A stretch of DNA of 56,547 nt, filler included, from Catajapyx aquilonaris (Eukaryota), in the NCBI GenBank assembly GCA_000934665.2. It is 2 parts of 2 records of this genome, joined end to end, with 100 filler letters (N's around TTAATTAATTAA, not from the genome) between each part and the next. Parts side by side here need not be neighbours in the genome. Positions count along the whole stretch, not along the records: positions 1 to 28,225 come from JYFJ02004951.1; positions 28,326 to 56,547 come from JYFJ02004952.1. One strand, 5' to 3'. Under the pieces are notes generated by a model. That model ran no database searches. It was not told where the DNA came from and saw only the letters and a list, made by a program, of their open reading frames with translations. Positions within the stretch are counted from its first letter, which is position 1, and each line of letters starts with the position of its first letter. This document shows positions 23,508 to 37,189 of the stretch, one piece after another. A program made the translations under genes and the position numbers.

Positions 23508-24889
23508 TACTACAGGGGGAGCATTTGGGAACTTCGCAAAACACCAAATTATGAAATGGATGATTTTGATTGGACTGGGCTGTATTAGTATCAGTACAGA
23601 AACAGATAATTTCCAAAAATTATAAATATATTGAGTAGGATCTTTTTTACGCTCCTAATTGATGTGTTACCCAAATGGCTATTTACTTTTGTAAAAACAA
23701 ATCATATTTCATTTATATGTTTGTGTAAATTGATCAATCAATGTGATACTACTGGTTGTACACATAATGAATTTTTGAACACAAGAGTTAAATCCTCTTC
23801 ATATACATCATGGAAGTTAGATTCCCCCCATCATGGAGTAAACCCTGGTTGGGAGCAAAGTTGACTCTGCTAGCCAGGGTTAAGAGTATTCAAAAATGGC
23901 AGACAGAGTTACGTTGAAAAGAGTGTTTTGGAGCTTCCTGAGATCTAAGCTGGGTGACAAGGTGTGATACTACATCAAAGGAATTGATCTAGGGAACAGG
24001 GTCACCAAAAAATAGGTGTATGATGCCTTTCTCTCTGGGAAAAGCACGACAGTTCCAGGGTCAGTCAAGTAACACCACACTAATTTTAAATCAGAATACA
24101 GATCCAATATGTCAAATATGACTTTGGGTTCAAACTTGACCTGCTCCCAACCCAGGGTTACTCATTACACAATTATTTGCATAGTCACTATGTAAGTAAT
24201 GTAACTGGACCTTAATACACACAATAACAACAATGCATGTTTTCCTAGTTAGGTAATGAGCCAAACACCACGTACTTATGCCCATGTGTAGGTGGGCCAG
24301 AAACCTATGTTTTTTTTTGCCATCCACATGTTTCGATAAAAAATTGCAAACATGCTCCTTTCACTGAGTGGCTCAAAAATTACGGTGCTTAAAATGTCAT
24401 GCCGCTATTTTTTAACTTGCTCATATACATCAGGATCAATTTTAGTATCTAGATGGAGTGCTTGAATAACGTTTTCTGATGATAGAGGAAAGTGTCCATA
24501 TTTCGACCATGTGCCTTATTCCGACCACCATATTTCCATGGTAACGGGTTGCAAATGCCGGTGACAGTGGTAAATGTCCCAAAGACGGAATTGGTGAGCT
24601 GGCAGCACTGATGCAAACATCCGGGCATTGTAACCTTTGACACCAGTTTGTTTCTAAGCGCATGGTGCACTGCAGCGCATGCTATTATTGGCCATCATTT
24701 CCCAGCAATTAAGCCATGCTATTCAATATTTTATTTTAGCCAATGATGTTGCTTACACTGTTTATTTGCATGTTTTAAAATAGCAACATCATGCTGCAAC
24801 TTGTCGATGTGAACCAGCAGCCACAGTAGAAAGTTGTCTTGTTCCTAATTTCGGCTACCTAGACTGTTCCTAATTTCAGATACCGTACT

Positions 24890-25119
24890 TTATAATTGAT
24901 ATTAAGAAGGTTGGCCCAGCATTGCCTTTCAACCTCCAAGGATAGGGAAGGAAGGAAGCGGCTGTGGTCTATTATACGGAAGCGACCCTGGAATTATCCT
25001 AGAAAGACCGTGGAAAACCACAGAAAACCACGGTCAGGGTTGCCGGCCCCGGGATTCGAACCCAGGACCTCCCGATTAGCAGTTGGACGCCCTATCCACT
25101 ATGCCAACCTGCTTCGGTT
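24890..25119 (-). mobile_element. SINE family A with a short alternative tail (tail 2)
   Basis: Same head and body as the 11909 copy. TSD cagataccgtact (24877-24889 and 25120-25132) encloses a different 3' end. Confidence 0.85.
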
Positions 25120-25985
25120 CAGATACCGTACTATCATGCTCATTTTGACAGTTCCATTTATTTTGCGGAAACTCAAGAAAGAAGTCACAGAAAACATTTG
25201 CACATCTGTACTACCTGCTGTTAAAACGTTCTCGTATGATTGTATTGATCAACGGCATAATATTATTTTCTGCAAATAGGGACAACTTTTCATTTTCATA
25301 ATGCAGATAAACCAGTTTTCATAGTACTGTTATTAATCAAGAATTTTAAAGCAAAGTTAGAAATGTTTTTTTTTACACCTTTCCTCCCATTAAATATAAA
25401 TTTTAAAATTTTCATCACAGGACCTAGTAGGTAAATGTTCAATGTATTAACATTCATTTTCCTTACATTGCTGCGTTCAGCCATTTCCTAACAACGTAAG
25501 AGTGTTGAAATTTGGGCCCCTTACCCTATTTCCTATTACATGAACCCTTTGTCTCCCGTGGCCATGATGGTTGCATTATAATGCAACCACACAAAATAAC
25601 TTTTTAAGATTCACTGGTATAACTCCGACCGAAATTTCTTTTCCCATAGAAACTAGAAGTCACCTAGGCTATGTTCATGAGTATTTAGGCCACTTGCATG
25701 ATATTTTTAATGGCATGACATCTCATTCATTGTTAACAAACGCTTACTCCATGAATTTAAATACACATAGCTCCCTGCCGCATATTTCCCGGTAAATGGA
25801 TGTGCAGCTGAAAACCATCAAAATATTCCCGAAATTCTGCGACTTACTTTCACCGGGGAAAAAAACATAACTATCTGTCAAGGGTAGGCTAACTCCCCCG
25901 CCGCCATTTCGGTTGTAAAAAGTGCCCTCGCTCCTAATTGGCCGGGCAGACAGCTCCGAGCTCTACAATCCGTTTATTTAACATA

Positions 25986-26427
25986 CACAGTGAAGGGAAA
26001 CTCGCGGACAATCGCCAGGTAGACTGAATTGCAAAACTAATATAGGGATGTGCAATAAGTTTTGGGATACGTTGCATAGTTAATGCGTACGGCGTCCTCA
26101 AAGTTTCGTGACGTCACGTCCGTTCCGCCAGCTTCTAAGAAGCAAAAGTCAGTTCAAGGGCCTCCTGTCCCTTGCCTTGGTCCCCAAACACATCTTCCAT
26201 GTGCAAAAGGCGATCAAATCCTAGCTGAGTAAGAATCCGGGTACGACACCCATGCAGTTGGTCGTTTTTGCCTCATATTCCACCATCTGGCCCTCTACAC
26301 TTTAAGGCCGCCATACGCATTAACTACGCAAAGGAGCCAAAAACTAATTGCACATCCCCCATATTAGTTTTGCGAGTACCTACTATAAGATTACCTGGCA
26401 ATTGTCAGCGAGTTTCCCTTCACTCTG
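25986..26427. mobile_element. TA-flanked MITE with internal inverted repeats
   Basis: ta|cacagtgaagggaaactcgc ... gcgagtttcccttcactctg|ta. Inner pair gggatgtgcaat / attgcacatccc. Confidence 0.75.
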
Positions 26428-26489
26428 TAGATCCCTGTGTTTGACTCGAAACAACTCCCAGGCAAATTATTCAAAAAAATTAAGTTATA

Positions 26490-27043
26490 CAAGGGCAGTA
26501 CTATAATGATTTACAATTACTTTTTTTTGCCACAAATACAGTGCCCATACAGGTCAGAAGATAGTCACACATTATAGATAGAACCACAAGTGTGTCAACC
26601 TCTCCAGGCCCTCCAGGGACCACTTTTTGGAGGTGTGACGAACGCACTACTGGACAACTGTGCACAATCAACAACGTAAACAACTGTCAACAGTGTACTC
26701 GAAATGGCGTTGGCGAAGGGTTTTTTCCATGGATCTGGGTTTGGGTGCTTCCACACCTGCTGCTTGGCCCCCAGTGACTTTCACCTGTTCAGATCCATGA
26801 ACAAAACTCCTCCGCTGATGCAATTTCGAGGAAATTGTTGACTGTAAGCAGCTGTCCGGGAGGGCGTGTGCCGAACCTCCAAAAATGGTTCCTGGAGGGG
26901 CTGGAAAGGTTGCCACACCCATGACTCCTGTTCATTCAGCTCCAGGAGTATTCTCTCGATAATGTGTGACTATCTGCCGACATGTATGGGCACTGTATTT
27001 GGGGCAAAAAAATAAATGGCAAATCATTTTAGTACGGCCCTCG
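26490..27043. mobile_element. mariner-type MITE with long imperfect TIRs
   Basis: ta|caagggcagtacta...aaatacagtgcccataca versus tgtatgggcactgtattt...tagtacggccctcg|ta. Confidence 0.72.
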
Positions 27044-27209
27044 TACATGCCACAGGTCAATCATCAAGCAATGGTCAATCAAGTAATTAATGCTGTATGA
27101 TGGGCATGGGATCAACCACTGGCTCTGGGTTTACCTCGTTTACGGAACTGCCCCTAACTGTTGCTAACAACTAATAACATCCATTGAAGCTGTTAATGTA
27201 TCACACTTG

Positions 27210-27518
27210 ACCGAAGCAGTTTGGAGTAGGGGATATGGTGTCCGACTGCTAATCGGGAGGTCCTGGGATCGAATCCCGGGGCCGGCAACTCTGACCGTGG
27301 TTTTCTGTGGTTTCCCACGGTCCTTCCAGGAAAATTCCGGAGTTGCTTCCGTAATTAATAGGCCACAGCCGCTTCCTTCTGTCCATCCTATCCTATCCCA
27401 AAGAGCACAGTAAAGATGAAAAGCAAAGAGTTCCAGGCAAAAAGAAACTTCCCCCCTAAAGAGCCGAAAAAGGCTGATAACGGGGTATGAATTATTATTA
27501 TTATTATTATTATTATTA
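27210..27518 (+). mobile_element. SINE family A, full length, tail 1
   Basis: Closely similar to 11909-12211. The (ATT)n tail abuts another element. Confidence 0.9.
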
Positions 27519-28225
27519 GGGTCATTCCATGTCAATTCACCGAGCCCCCTGACCCTTGGGTTGTCAGATTTTGACGAAAATCGGCGAATCGCTTTAATTA
27601 CGTCTTTCAAAAACACCATTTGCGCGGTTTTGAGATTTACCCCCCCTCCCCGGAAATAGGCCCACCGAAAAAAACGTCATTTTCGGAAGGTAGGGTTTCA
27701 GAAATCGGTCATATCTCGTGAACCAATTGAGCTACAGACGTCGTAGACCGCTCCCTTTGAAGAGATTCGAGAGCCCAATCTCACTGAGGATTGAAAATTT
27801 GTATTTTGACTTTTTTGAAAATTTTGTCCCATTTTCAAAATTTCAAAATTTTTTTAAAAAAAATCCGCTTAATTTAAAAATCCGATTTTTAAATAATGTT
27901 GTAGCTCAGACCCTTTCCCTCACATAGAAAAAAATCTCAGGAGGACTTTTTTGATTTAAGGAAAATAATTGCATTTGAAGGAACGCATGTGCGCCTTGAA
28001 AGTACGCAATGGGGCCAAATATAGGCCCTAATCAGTCCCAGAATGATCCATGACCAGAGTTATCTAAATAGACACTGTCTAATGGGATGACTAACAGTGT
28101 TTTAGAGGAAATGCATGGCATTCATGGCAAAAATGCTCATTTTATAATTTTGGCGCAATGATTACAAAAAATGTTAATAAATTGCAATTTTTACATTAAT
28201 TTCCGTTACTATGGGACATGGTTGT
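27519..28225. mobile_element. Probable end of an unclassified TIR DNA transposon inserted into the SINE tail, cut off by the gap
   Basis: Abrupt start (ta)gggtcattccatgtcaa straight after (ATT)n. No SINE TSD visible on this side. Other end not seen. Confidence 0.4.
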
Positions 28226-28324
28226 NNNNNNNNNNNNNNNNNNNNNNNNNNNNNNNNNNNNNNNNNNNNTTAATTAATTAANNNNNNNNNNNNNNNNNNN
28301 NNNNNNNNNNNNNNNNNNNNNNNN
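28226..28324. other. Assembly gap / artificial contig spacer (44 N, TTAATTAATTAA, 43 N)
   Basis: A 12-mer that gives stop codons in all six frames, centred in an N run. Confidence 0.95.
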
Positions 28325-28478
28325 NGCCTCTCGCGTGACGCGTCTGAGCGCACCCGTTCCTTGTCTATGAACCCCCTCTAGATGGCGTTTCCGGACACGG
28401 TTTCCTATGTCAAAAATGTTTGTCTTGGTCCCCTCTATTACCCCTACAAGTTTGTCGGCTGAATTCATTTACACCCTG
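28325..28478. mobile_element. Right arm of the Tc1/mariner MITE family seen at 30057-30627
   Basis: Closely matches 30475-30627 and ends caccctg|ta. Confidence 0.85.
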
Positions 28479-28649
28479 TATATGTAAATGTGCAGGTCAC
28501 CTTATCTCATCGTCATTGGACGTAATATTTGGTGAGGCTTTTGTCTTGTTGAAGGTCTAACGTTACCATGTTATTAAATAATTCCAATGCAATGCATAGG
28601 TTGCCACTTTAATTGGTGAAATAATTATAATTTCAAGACTAGAATATTG

Positions 28650-28946
28650 GACCAAAGATGGCGTCCACCATCACAGCGGACCGACCCAACCCTCCAAATT
28701 GTATAGAGTATCGATATCCCGTCTTCAGCATCGATTAATCGACGCCATTCCCCTCCGAAGAAAAAGGGTGCGGGTGGCTCGGGTCTCCTCCGCCTAGGGG
28801 CGCGCCCCTAGTCCAAGCCCCGCACGAGGGCCGCCCATGGGCAGGGCCACGACGGCGCGAAGCAAGCAGGACGGGGGAAGGTGCAGCCCTACAGCCCTGG
28901 TCCAGGCCAGGCCGGCCCCCTTCCACTGCCCCCAGAACAGGTGAGG
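28650..28946 (+). promoter_or_regulatory. Putative CpG-rich promoter / first exon
   Basis: AAGATGGCG (28655-28663), DRE-type TATCGATA (28709-28716), a GC-rich block, and donor CAG|GTGAGG at 28940/28941. Confidence 0.35.
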
Positions 28947-29649
28947 TTGCAGAACGAGCTTCCAACCCCCTAAAAAAAAACCGTGCAATTAACATTACAC
29001 ATGAGGCATTTAATGCATTTAATGTATTATGAGTGTAGTTGACATGTGGTTGCAAAAATTATGCTGATGACCTGGTTATCCAAATTTGCATAAATTGCTA
29101 CTCTTCATGATACTCTTCCCCATCTTCCGTTAGAATCACCTTCTGCTAGGGTGGGTTCTGGCTGGGTTCGGGTGGCTGTCCCCCCAACGCAGCCAATAGT
29201 GAGCTCCGTTACATGACACGTGACTTGTGCCTACCTTACACCGAGTGCTGCGCCGCTTCGTGAACCAGCACTTTACACCTCTGGAGATAACGCCAGTTAA
29301 ATCAGGTGTAAGGGCCGCGTAAAGTTACCCGGTGTAAATGACTTGTGCCTCATAAAGTTGCATTTTTTTGTCAATCCACTCACTGGAGGAAATTGGATAA
29401 GGCGACAATGTGTATTTAAATTATTACAGTAATAGTAGGTCATGTCCAATTTTTCAATATGTAGTCAGTGCACTAATCCTATTTTTATTATGAGTAACCA
29501 AACTATATTAATATTAACTTGCAAATAATTCGAAATACAAAACTTACATGATGGATTTAATATTGCTTAATAAAATATTTGCTGGAAAATTATTAGGGGC
29601 AGAGACCGTTCAAGTAAGCAGGATATGCGCATTTGCGACATTAAATATT

Positions 29650-29728
29650 TGAAGGGTCGCCCTGAATAATGTTGTGAGTGATTATTCTAACCAATGTCAC
29701 TTACAACATTATTCGGGGCGACCCTTCA
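29650..29728. mobile_element. Tiny hairpin MITE (TGAAGGG...CCCTTCA)
   Basis: tgaagggtcgccctgaataatgttgtgagtga ... tcacttacaacattattcggggcgacccttca. Confidence 0.7.
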
Positions 29729-29866
29729 TTTCTCCACATTGATAACATGCCGCACACAATTATTTTCCATGCAGGTGCTACTCATTGAAATTATACCTCA
29801 TTTTGTGAAATCGCAGTTAAAACGGAGTTTTTCCAGCCATTCCATCCAATATGCAAGAAACTACTA

Positions 29867-30673
29867 CAGTAAAACTTCTTTATGTCGAGTCTCCATGGGA
29901 CCGGAAAAAGACTTCCAGTTATAGAAGATTCAAGTTAGAGAAGTTTGGATTTTTTAAAGCACATAAGGGAAATAAGAAACTTGCCAACATGTACTTAGAC
30001 TTAGGGAGACTGAAAATGCATCAGTATCCCATGTTATCCCTGCACTTTGTGTTATACAGGGTGTTTACGACCTAACTTTACAAACTTCTAGTGGTGATAG
30101 AGGGGACCAAGACAAACATTTTTGACATAGGAACCCGTGTCCGGAAACGCCATCTAGAGGGGGTTCATAGACAAGGAACGGGTGCGCTCAGACGCGTCAC
30201 GCGAGAGGCGCTAGTCGAGCGGACTTTTTGTTGATAGATGGCGCTCGGATAGTAACCAACGATGCGATGTGCCATAACGTGGCAACAGCAGAGCCATCTA
30301 GCAACTAAAGTCCGCCTCTTAGGAGACGCGCGGATAGTCAACAGCGGTTCCAGGCGGTTCTGTTGTTGCCAGGTTATGGCGTATCGCGTTGTTGTTTACT
30401 TACAACGACGCGATACGCCATAACCTGGCAACAACTGCGCGCCATCTATCAACAAAACAGTCCGCTCGACTTGAGCCTCTCGCGTGACGCGCCTGAGCGC
30501 ACCCGTTCCTCGTCTATGAACCCCCTCTAGATGGCGTTTCCGGACAGGGTTTCCTATGTCAAAAATGTTTGTCTTGGTCCCCTCTATTACCCCTGGAAGT
30601 TTGTAAAGTTAGGTCGTAAACACCCTGTATATAAATTCCAGGTAGGGAAGTTCAACTTACAGAAGTTTTACTG
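29867..30673. mobile_element. pogo/Tigger-like MITE interrupted by another MITE
   Basis: ta|cagtaaaacttct ... agaagttttactg|ta. Confidence 0.65.
30057..30627. mobile_element. Tc1/mariner-type foldback MITE, TA TSD
   Basis: ta|cagggtgtttacgacctaactttacaaac ... gtttgtaaagttaggtcgtaaacaccctg|ta, with about 185-bp near-identical arms. Confidence 0.9.
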
Positions 30674-31639
30674 TATGTGAATCACTGCCTCCGACTATTG
30701 TTTTCTTGGATGAGGTTGACAAATTTGGACTGAAAGTTACAGTGCATTTGGTTGGTCAGTTGTGTTGACATTGCCATCTAGCAAGTGCTAGTTACTATTG
30801 TGTCATTGGCAATGAAAAGCTGAATTATTTTGCCATAGAAGTGTAGTTCAGCATGCCTTGCATGTTAATTAACTGCACATGACAAGGCCTTCAGCAAATT
30901 TTGGTTTGATGATCCCTGTTGTCACTGTGTATTAAGTGCTGGATCTCTTTCGCAGGTTTTTCTGAACCATCAAGTGGGGACGCCATTCTGTACCTGAGAA
31001 ACCTGCCGATCCATTGCGACCAACCTGTGGACATCTAGAAGATGAGAGGCCCTGGTGGTGTGAAGGAAAATGAAGCTGCCTGCTCCGTTGCCACTATCAT
31101 CAAGGCTGCTGGGGTTGACGCTGTGTCTTCTGGAACTCATTCACTTGCTTCGTGGAACAGCAACCACCTCATTCGAGTTCATAACCGCTCTGATGCTAAG
31201 TCTTATTATGCATCAGACCTTGAAGCGAGGCAAGAGATGGTGATGGCCAACAAGATTTCTGGTTGCAATGGGGACTTGCAAGACCTCAGCACAGAGTTGC
31301 CACCTGTTTGTTTACTTTGCTGCCCTCTGCCTACTACACTTGAGCCGCACCTGCAAGCAGTGGTTCCTGTCCCAAGAATGAGGACATCATAGCAAGTGCC
31401 CAAGAGTTCACATTTTGCTGATGCAGCCAGCCAACAGCTTCAGTGATTGAAGCCACATTTTAGAAAATAATTAGGAGAGGAGTTTGAGCAGAAGGACTTT
31501 GTGGTGGCTTCCTGGAGGTCTTCCGGGGCAAAGGGTAGGGATGGGCTTCAATTCCCTAACCATCAAGAGATCCCTTGCGGGGTACTGGCGGGGACAACGG
31601 CTAGGGTAGCAGTTGGGAAGAAGACCTCTGGGATGACCT

Positions 31640-31954
31640 GCAGCCTGTACTGGAAAACCGCATGCAACGCACAAGGAGAAAGTGGTGGCTGTCAACCATT
31701 CAGAGCCCATCAGAGCCGATTTTGCCATCCCTGCCATGGAGCATCTGTCTTGGCAGCACATGGTTTTTATCTTCCACCAAATGGCCCCTTTGGTCATTCC
31801 AGACCTGCTGCATACCATCTACCGCCACCTTCAAGGCCTTATCCTTCCTATCATGATTGTAGTAATCTGGGTACCTAACCACATGGATGGGATGCTGCTT
31901 ATAAAGGCCGAGGAGCTGCTCAACCGCATCCTGCCTCCATCCGCTTGTACCCAT
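31640..31954 (-). pseudogene. MADF (Myb/SANT-like) domain pseudogene, probably from a PIF/Harbinger element
   Basis: W...AVEQLLGLYKQHP....PDYYNHDRKDKAL, then after a frameshift GMTKGAIWWKIKTM..Q....GMAKSA..GS. Direct repeats ggtggtacagat.cctgcggacc lie upstream (about 32176 and 32253). Confidence 0.65.
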
Positions 31955-34199
31955 GGCTCATGGTGCAATGACCATGTGGCTAGGTCATGTGCTCTCTCCC
32001 CTTATCTCTGTGACGCCAGGATGAAGGTCGATTATCGGTGTGCGACTCACGGGAGATTACGGCCAGTATCACACTGCACCGGACCTGGTCCGGGCTTCCG
32101 CCAACCTGGTATGGCTGGTGAGAGGGAAGCACTTCATCTATTAGTACGGTCGACCACTAATGCTGTACACGACCAGGTGGTACAGATCCCTGCGGACCTG
32201 ATCGTGTAACAGAATAGCAGGTCTTTATGTGGCTACCACTTGGTAAATGGTTGGTGGTACAGATTCCTGCGGACCAACCAATTACCCAGCAGTACCGACC
32301 CCGTACTGTATCTAATAAATGATAACAACGACTTCACTCATTCAACTTTGACCGGGCAGAGAGTAGGGTCTTGACCAGCTCCAGAGGGCGGAACCTCTCG
32401 CACCGCTGGCTGCCGACCGACTGACTCCCAGACGCCAAAGTACTTTTATTTATCACGTCGGTTTTGTCTATGTTGCTACAACATAAGTTTGTGTCACAAC
32501 AAGGTAACCTTAACGATTCACTATAGTTACAGATAATGCATGGATACAAACAATCACAAACAACGTAATTATAACAACAAACAATGCTCCATACATTACA
32601 TCTCAGACTGTGTGACTCGGCCAGAATCACTTTTTTTGAATCATGACAACAGTTGCCTTTCACAGGGGGGAAAACAGCTTGTCATCAGGTGGCTTGGGGG
32701 CATTTTTTAAATTTTTAATTTTTAATCTTCATGAACTTGTCAGATGGACTCTTGTTACTTGAAACATTCCTGTTAATATAATCTCACATATCTTCAAATG
32801 GTCTGCCATTGAGAAAGGGGTAGGAGGAAAAGGAAAATAAGGAGGAGGGGGAGGGGGTGGTGGTGGTGCTTTCCCTGACAAACTGTCCATCTCTGCAGCA
32901 GTTGCCATTCAAGGTTGCATTCCAGAGTGCCAGTGAAAACCTTGATAGTCAACCACAGCCCATGGGATTTGCATCCAGTTTTCGCTTTCAGGGCATATCA
33001 AATAGCTGGAAATGATTTTGATGATATTATGCCCAGTATTTATGCCAATTTCCTGGTTGTATTATCTTCCAGCTGAATTCATTTGTCTGCCTTAATGTGC
33101 TTGTGCTGTAATTTTTTTAGTGTTGGTCTGCATCAGAATATCATAGAATCTGTCTTTGACGAGGGAGAAGAGTTGCAAACATTTGGTGTCCCATTTAAAC
33201 AATTCAGAATTTTTTTTCCATTTGTCCATTGATGACTTGGCTTGTTGTTTCATTGAGCATTTGTGGCGTCTTCAGTGCAGGATGGGTTGAGGCAGGATCA
33301 ACTGCATTGCACTTTTTTTGTCCATAAAAGACTAACAATCAGCAGGGCATGCAGGAGGAAGTAAAAGCAGATGATTTTTATCTGGCAGCTGGTGAGACCC
33401 ACCAGTTTGCCTTGTCCGATACCTGTGTGCTCCAGCTCAATGAGGTAGCCAGAAATGAGAATTTTTCTTGGGACATTTTCAGTCACAGCCATTGCCAAGA
33501 GATTATGCTCTGAAATGAGGTGTTTGTAACAATTCATTCTCATATTCCTCTTGTATTGAATGTCTGCGGATTTCTTAAAAAGAGCAGGTTTATTCCAGAT
33601 CAGGGAAATGCACATGGCCTCTGCCAACATTTACATGTGCTACCTGCAGTATTGGGATTTGTACTGTCCTGATGTACCTTCAATCATCATTTCTACCTCC
33701 TGAAAGATCATTTATGGGAGGAATCCAAAGCAATGAAGGTCACAAGGGTAGTTGCTTGAAAGTGAACTTCATGTATACAGTACCATCATCGTGTAAGGCG
33801 TAAGCTGGGAATTTTTAATTTACTAAATTAGTGTGTAAACTGACCAATGACAATTTTGTATTATGGTTGGATATTCAGAAAATTAATTTTGACCCCATGA
33901 CTGCACTGATGATGATATGAGTGGAGTTTCATAGCTCCATACCACCTCCATTGCCATATCTATAATATTCTTTGGTAAGTGATATGATGCAGGTGCACGA
34001 GAACATGTTGGAATGACTCCCCACACCATCTAGTATTGTTATTTATATTTGTTATCCTTTATCCTTCCATCTGATTTAATGACTTCGTTTCCTGTGATCA
34101 TGACAAATTCATTTCCAACGTCCTTTTAGAAGCTGAGAGACCCCAGTGTTGTCCATGTCTGGCAAGGTGAGAATGTGCTGATTCATGTGCAATTGGACA

Positions 34200-37185
34200 C
34201 CTTGGAGCGGTTGCAATGTGAAATGGAAATAGGTCGACCACTACTTCCGTCACGTTTTGGGTTTACACTTTCCCCCACCTGCTACGCACTTCTGGGATGA
34301 TCACTATCTTTTGGCGTGAGGTAGGATAAGACAATCAGCTGGATGTGTGATACTTCTTCAGAGTGAAATGTGTTAACAGCAATGAATGATATTTTTGTGG
34401 GATGAGAAGACTTGCTTCTGCATGGCAACAATAGTTGAGTTTCATCTCGTGCTGTGATATTACTATTGATTACTTTCTCCATCTCTGCATGCAACACACG
34501 TCGGTCTTGCACTTTGTCCACTAGACAGGTGTGCAGCTCAAGTTAGGTTTGAACTTGGGCTCCTTTTACCATTGGTATTGTTCTGGCCAGATGTCAAAAA
34601 CGCAAAAGTCGCTGTGATTTCTACCTTCTGAATCACGGTGCCTTTGCGATAAGATGACTATAAAGAGATGGAACAAGGCGTTTGGCGAAGTTTTTTGTGT
34701 TCATGTTTTCTTTCCACAGGCCAGTCCTCAGGCAAGTGGTTGTTTGTAGGGCTTTTACACCCATCTTGTTGTAAATTTTATTCATTAATTTTGAAGTATA
34801 AGCTTTATCCTTATCAGTTAGAATGGGTTGTGGCACCAAACTTTCTGTGTTAATACAGGTCCTTATTTGTTTGATTAGCTGATACCACATAGAATGTAAG
34901 GATAGTCCAAAATACACCGATGTCTGAGAATGTCATTGACTTGAATGGCCCATCTTGACACTTGTTGAAGTCATTCTACCTACTGTACCTGTTATGCTTG
35001 GGTCAGAATCCACCACAAAAATTTCATCCAAAATAGTATGATCCGCATTTTGTGCTGATTTGCTTGTATCTGGTCTCCTCGCTTCGCTGCAGGACAGGTC
35101 TGCTGATGCTGAGCAATAGGTATTTGTGAAGATGGAGCGTGTAGAAGGCAAATGGCTGGTGGGGCATTGTCAATAATTATAATATTATATTTAAAAATTG
35201 TCATATTTTGTCCCTGATGATTTCTGTCACCGGTCTTCTCTTCAAAATGCTATTGGACAGATGTCTCCGGTGTTCGTCTAGTCAGGCAATATTTAGATTT
35301 TGCTCACTTGACGCCACATTCCCTTTTAGATATCTGACTGGTGCGTCTCGCGTTCCTGCATTGGTGTGATCAAGCTATCATTTACGAGTCGTTGTCCGTC
35401 CTGGCAAGCCAGTCTCTTCACCAACGTATAAAAAAATACAAACGGGTGTTTTAATATTACTTGCAAAATTACAGTCAAGGTGTCCAAAGCACCATTTGCC
35501 ATTAATATTTTTGAATTGTGTCAAAATGGTATATTATCGTGTAGGGGTACAATTGTTAAATATATTGGCGAATTATAGCTACGATTACTGCATGCGAGTC
35601 ATGAGTTGGACATTGGGGACTGCGATGTCGTGATATACTGTATGTAGCTCTGGTTATCTGGTTTGAAGCGTCATTGTTCGTTGTAATCATCGCTGTTAAC
35701 ATTAGCTTTTATAGGAAATGCGTCATCGGTAGTCGGTTGGTGTCTCACTCCTACCTTTACTTGGTTGTAAGATGGAGATCTACCATGTCGTTGGTATGGG
35801 TGTCCCGAGATCATGCGTGATGAACGTCCATAATATTGAATCCGTTAGAGTTGCTTTTATTCTATTCACGAGGCAGCCATGTTGCACTTGTCTCCTTTTC
35901 CAGTTCTTTTTCAGAGTGGTTGCATTCGGAAAGATGACAGGTTCTCATACCGTGCCTTTTTTTGCGGCGGATGTTACGTTGTATTTGCTTGTTGATGTCG
36001 ATCAAAAACGTAGCGAAGTGGTCATTCTCCGACTTCGAAGTCTTTTACTTTTCTCCAGCTTGCGTGGTGGGCGATGATATTTGACACATTGTATCGTATG
36101 TTTCGTCACCTATTCATGCCCTTGGCGTAATTAATTGGCTTTATGCTGGTATTTGTATATTGCTGGTAGCATGTCATGCCTTGAAAATCAATGATAAAAG
36201 CTGGTTTTGGCCTGGGTATGTCCAGGCCATATTTAGGCCCCATTTGTTTAAACGTGTCACATTATCCTGCATTCGTGGTATGCATGGTACGCTGACGCTA
36301 GGTTATCAAAACTGTGAGGACTTCGTCATACGTATAATCACACAAAAATCGTAACAAGCTGGCCGAAGTGCTTTATTGAAAACTGATTAGGCCAATATTG
36401 TGGAAATTCCAATGGTCCCAAAATAATTACGATGGAGCTCCATCTCTTAAGATCTTCAGGTGTATGTTGCAGTAATATAAGATAGGGCTTCTTGGTGGCG
36501 GAGTATTAACATGTGTAGGACTCCCAGAAAACATACTTTGACCTTTGATCATAACGTCGTTCGACGTGTTTTCTTGATAAGTAATATTAATATTCGGGAG
36601 CATTATTCTAATAAACTAACACGCTGTGAAAAAGGTCACTTTTGATCAATCTTTAATAGATGGTGAGAAAGATGTTGACGTCCTGCCATTCTCTGACACA
36701 TCATTCTCCTGGCATTTGTAATGAACATGGTGAAAATTATTCAGTGTCGATTTCCATTCGTGACCACTCATGGATGGATAGTGGGTCGAGTGTTTTCATG
36801 CAACTTCGTTATGTCCTTTTTTGACGGCCTGTTTGATATCAGGGATACACAGAATAAGCTAGGCGTCCTACCATGCCTTAGAATGCTCGAGTACCTTCAT
36901 CCATCTACTCGGATTGTTGCAAACGCCTAAAAAGCATAAATATTCCTGAGTACTGGAATCGTCAAATAAAACACTATTTTTTCTGTCCTTTGTTGAAACG
37001 GCGGCACAGCCAATTCAGAGGGTGATCCATTGAACTTGTAAATATCGGCTGTATTGTCATTAGATAACATCCGTTGTGTGCGCCGGTGAAAAGTACAGTC
37101 GTGTATGTGTTTGCATGTCCTTCTGGTCATTTTCCTGGTACTATAACTGCACATCCCAGTGTACGTCAAGATACAGTTAAGGGTT
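34200..37185 (-). mobile_element. Heavily degraded Gypsy-like LTR retrotransposon internal region (boundaries approximate)
   Basis: Integrase-like PQPILTDKDKAYTSKLMNKIYNKMGVKALQTT (about 34740-34835), RNase H-end-like SKSAQNAD (about 35040-35065), gag-like KFNGSPSE (about 37015-37040). The order gag-RH-IN fits the minus strand. Confidence 0.55.
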
Positions 37186-37189
37186 ATAT

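Noticed and set aside
30956..31392. Exon-like segment / 116-aa ORF after a good acceptor
   Set aside because: In-frame stop just upstream of the ATG and no recognisable domain; cannot be supported as a CDS.
32319..32664. Possible solo LTR (TG...CA with AATAAA on the minus strand)
   Set aside because: No TSD, PBS, PPT or second copy in the window.
32900..33700. Possible decayed transposase (Academ-like C-terminus) on the minus strand
   Set aside because: Motifs are too degraded to support without a profile search.
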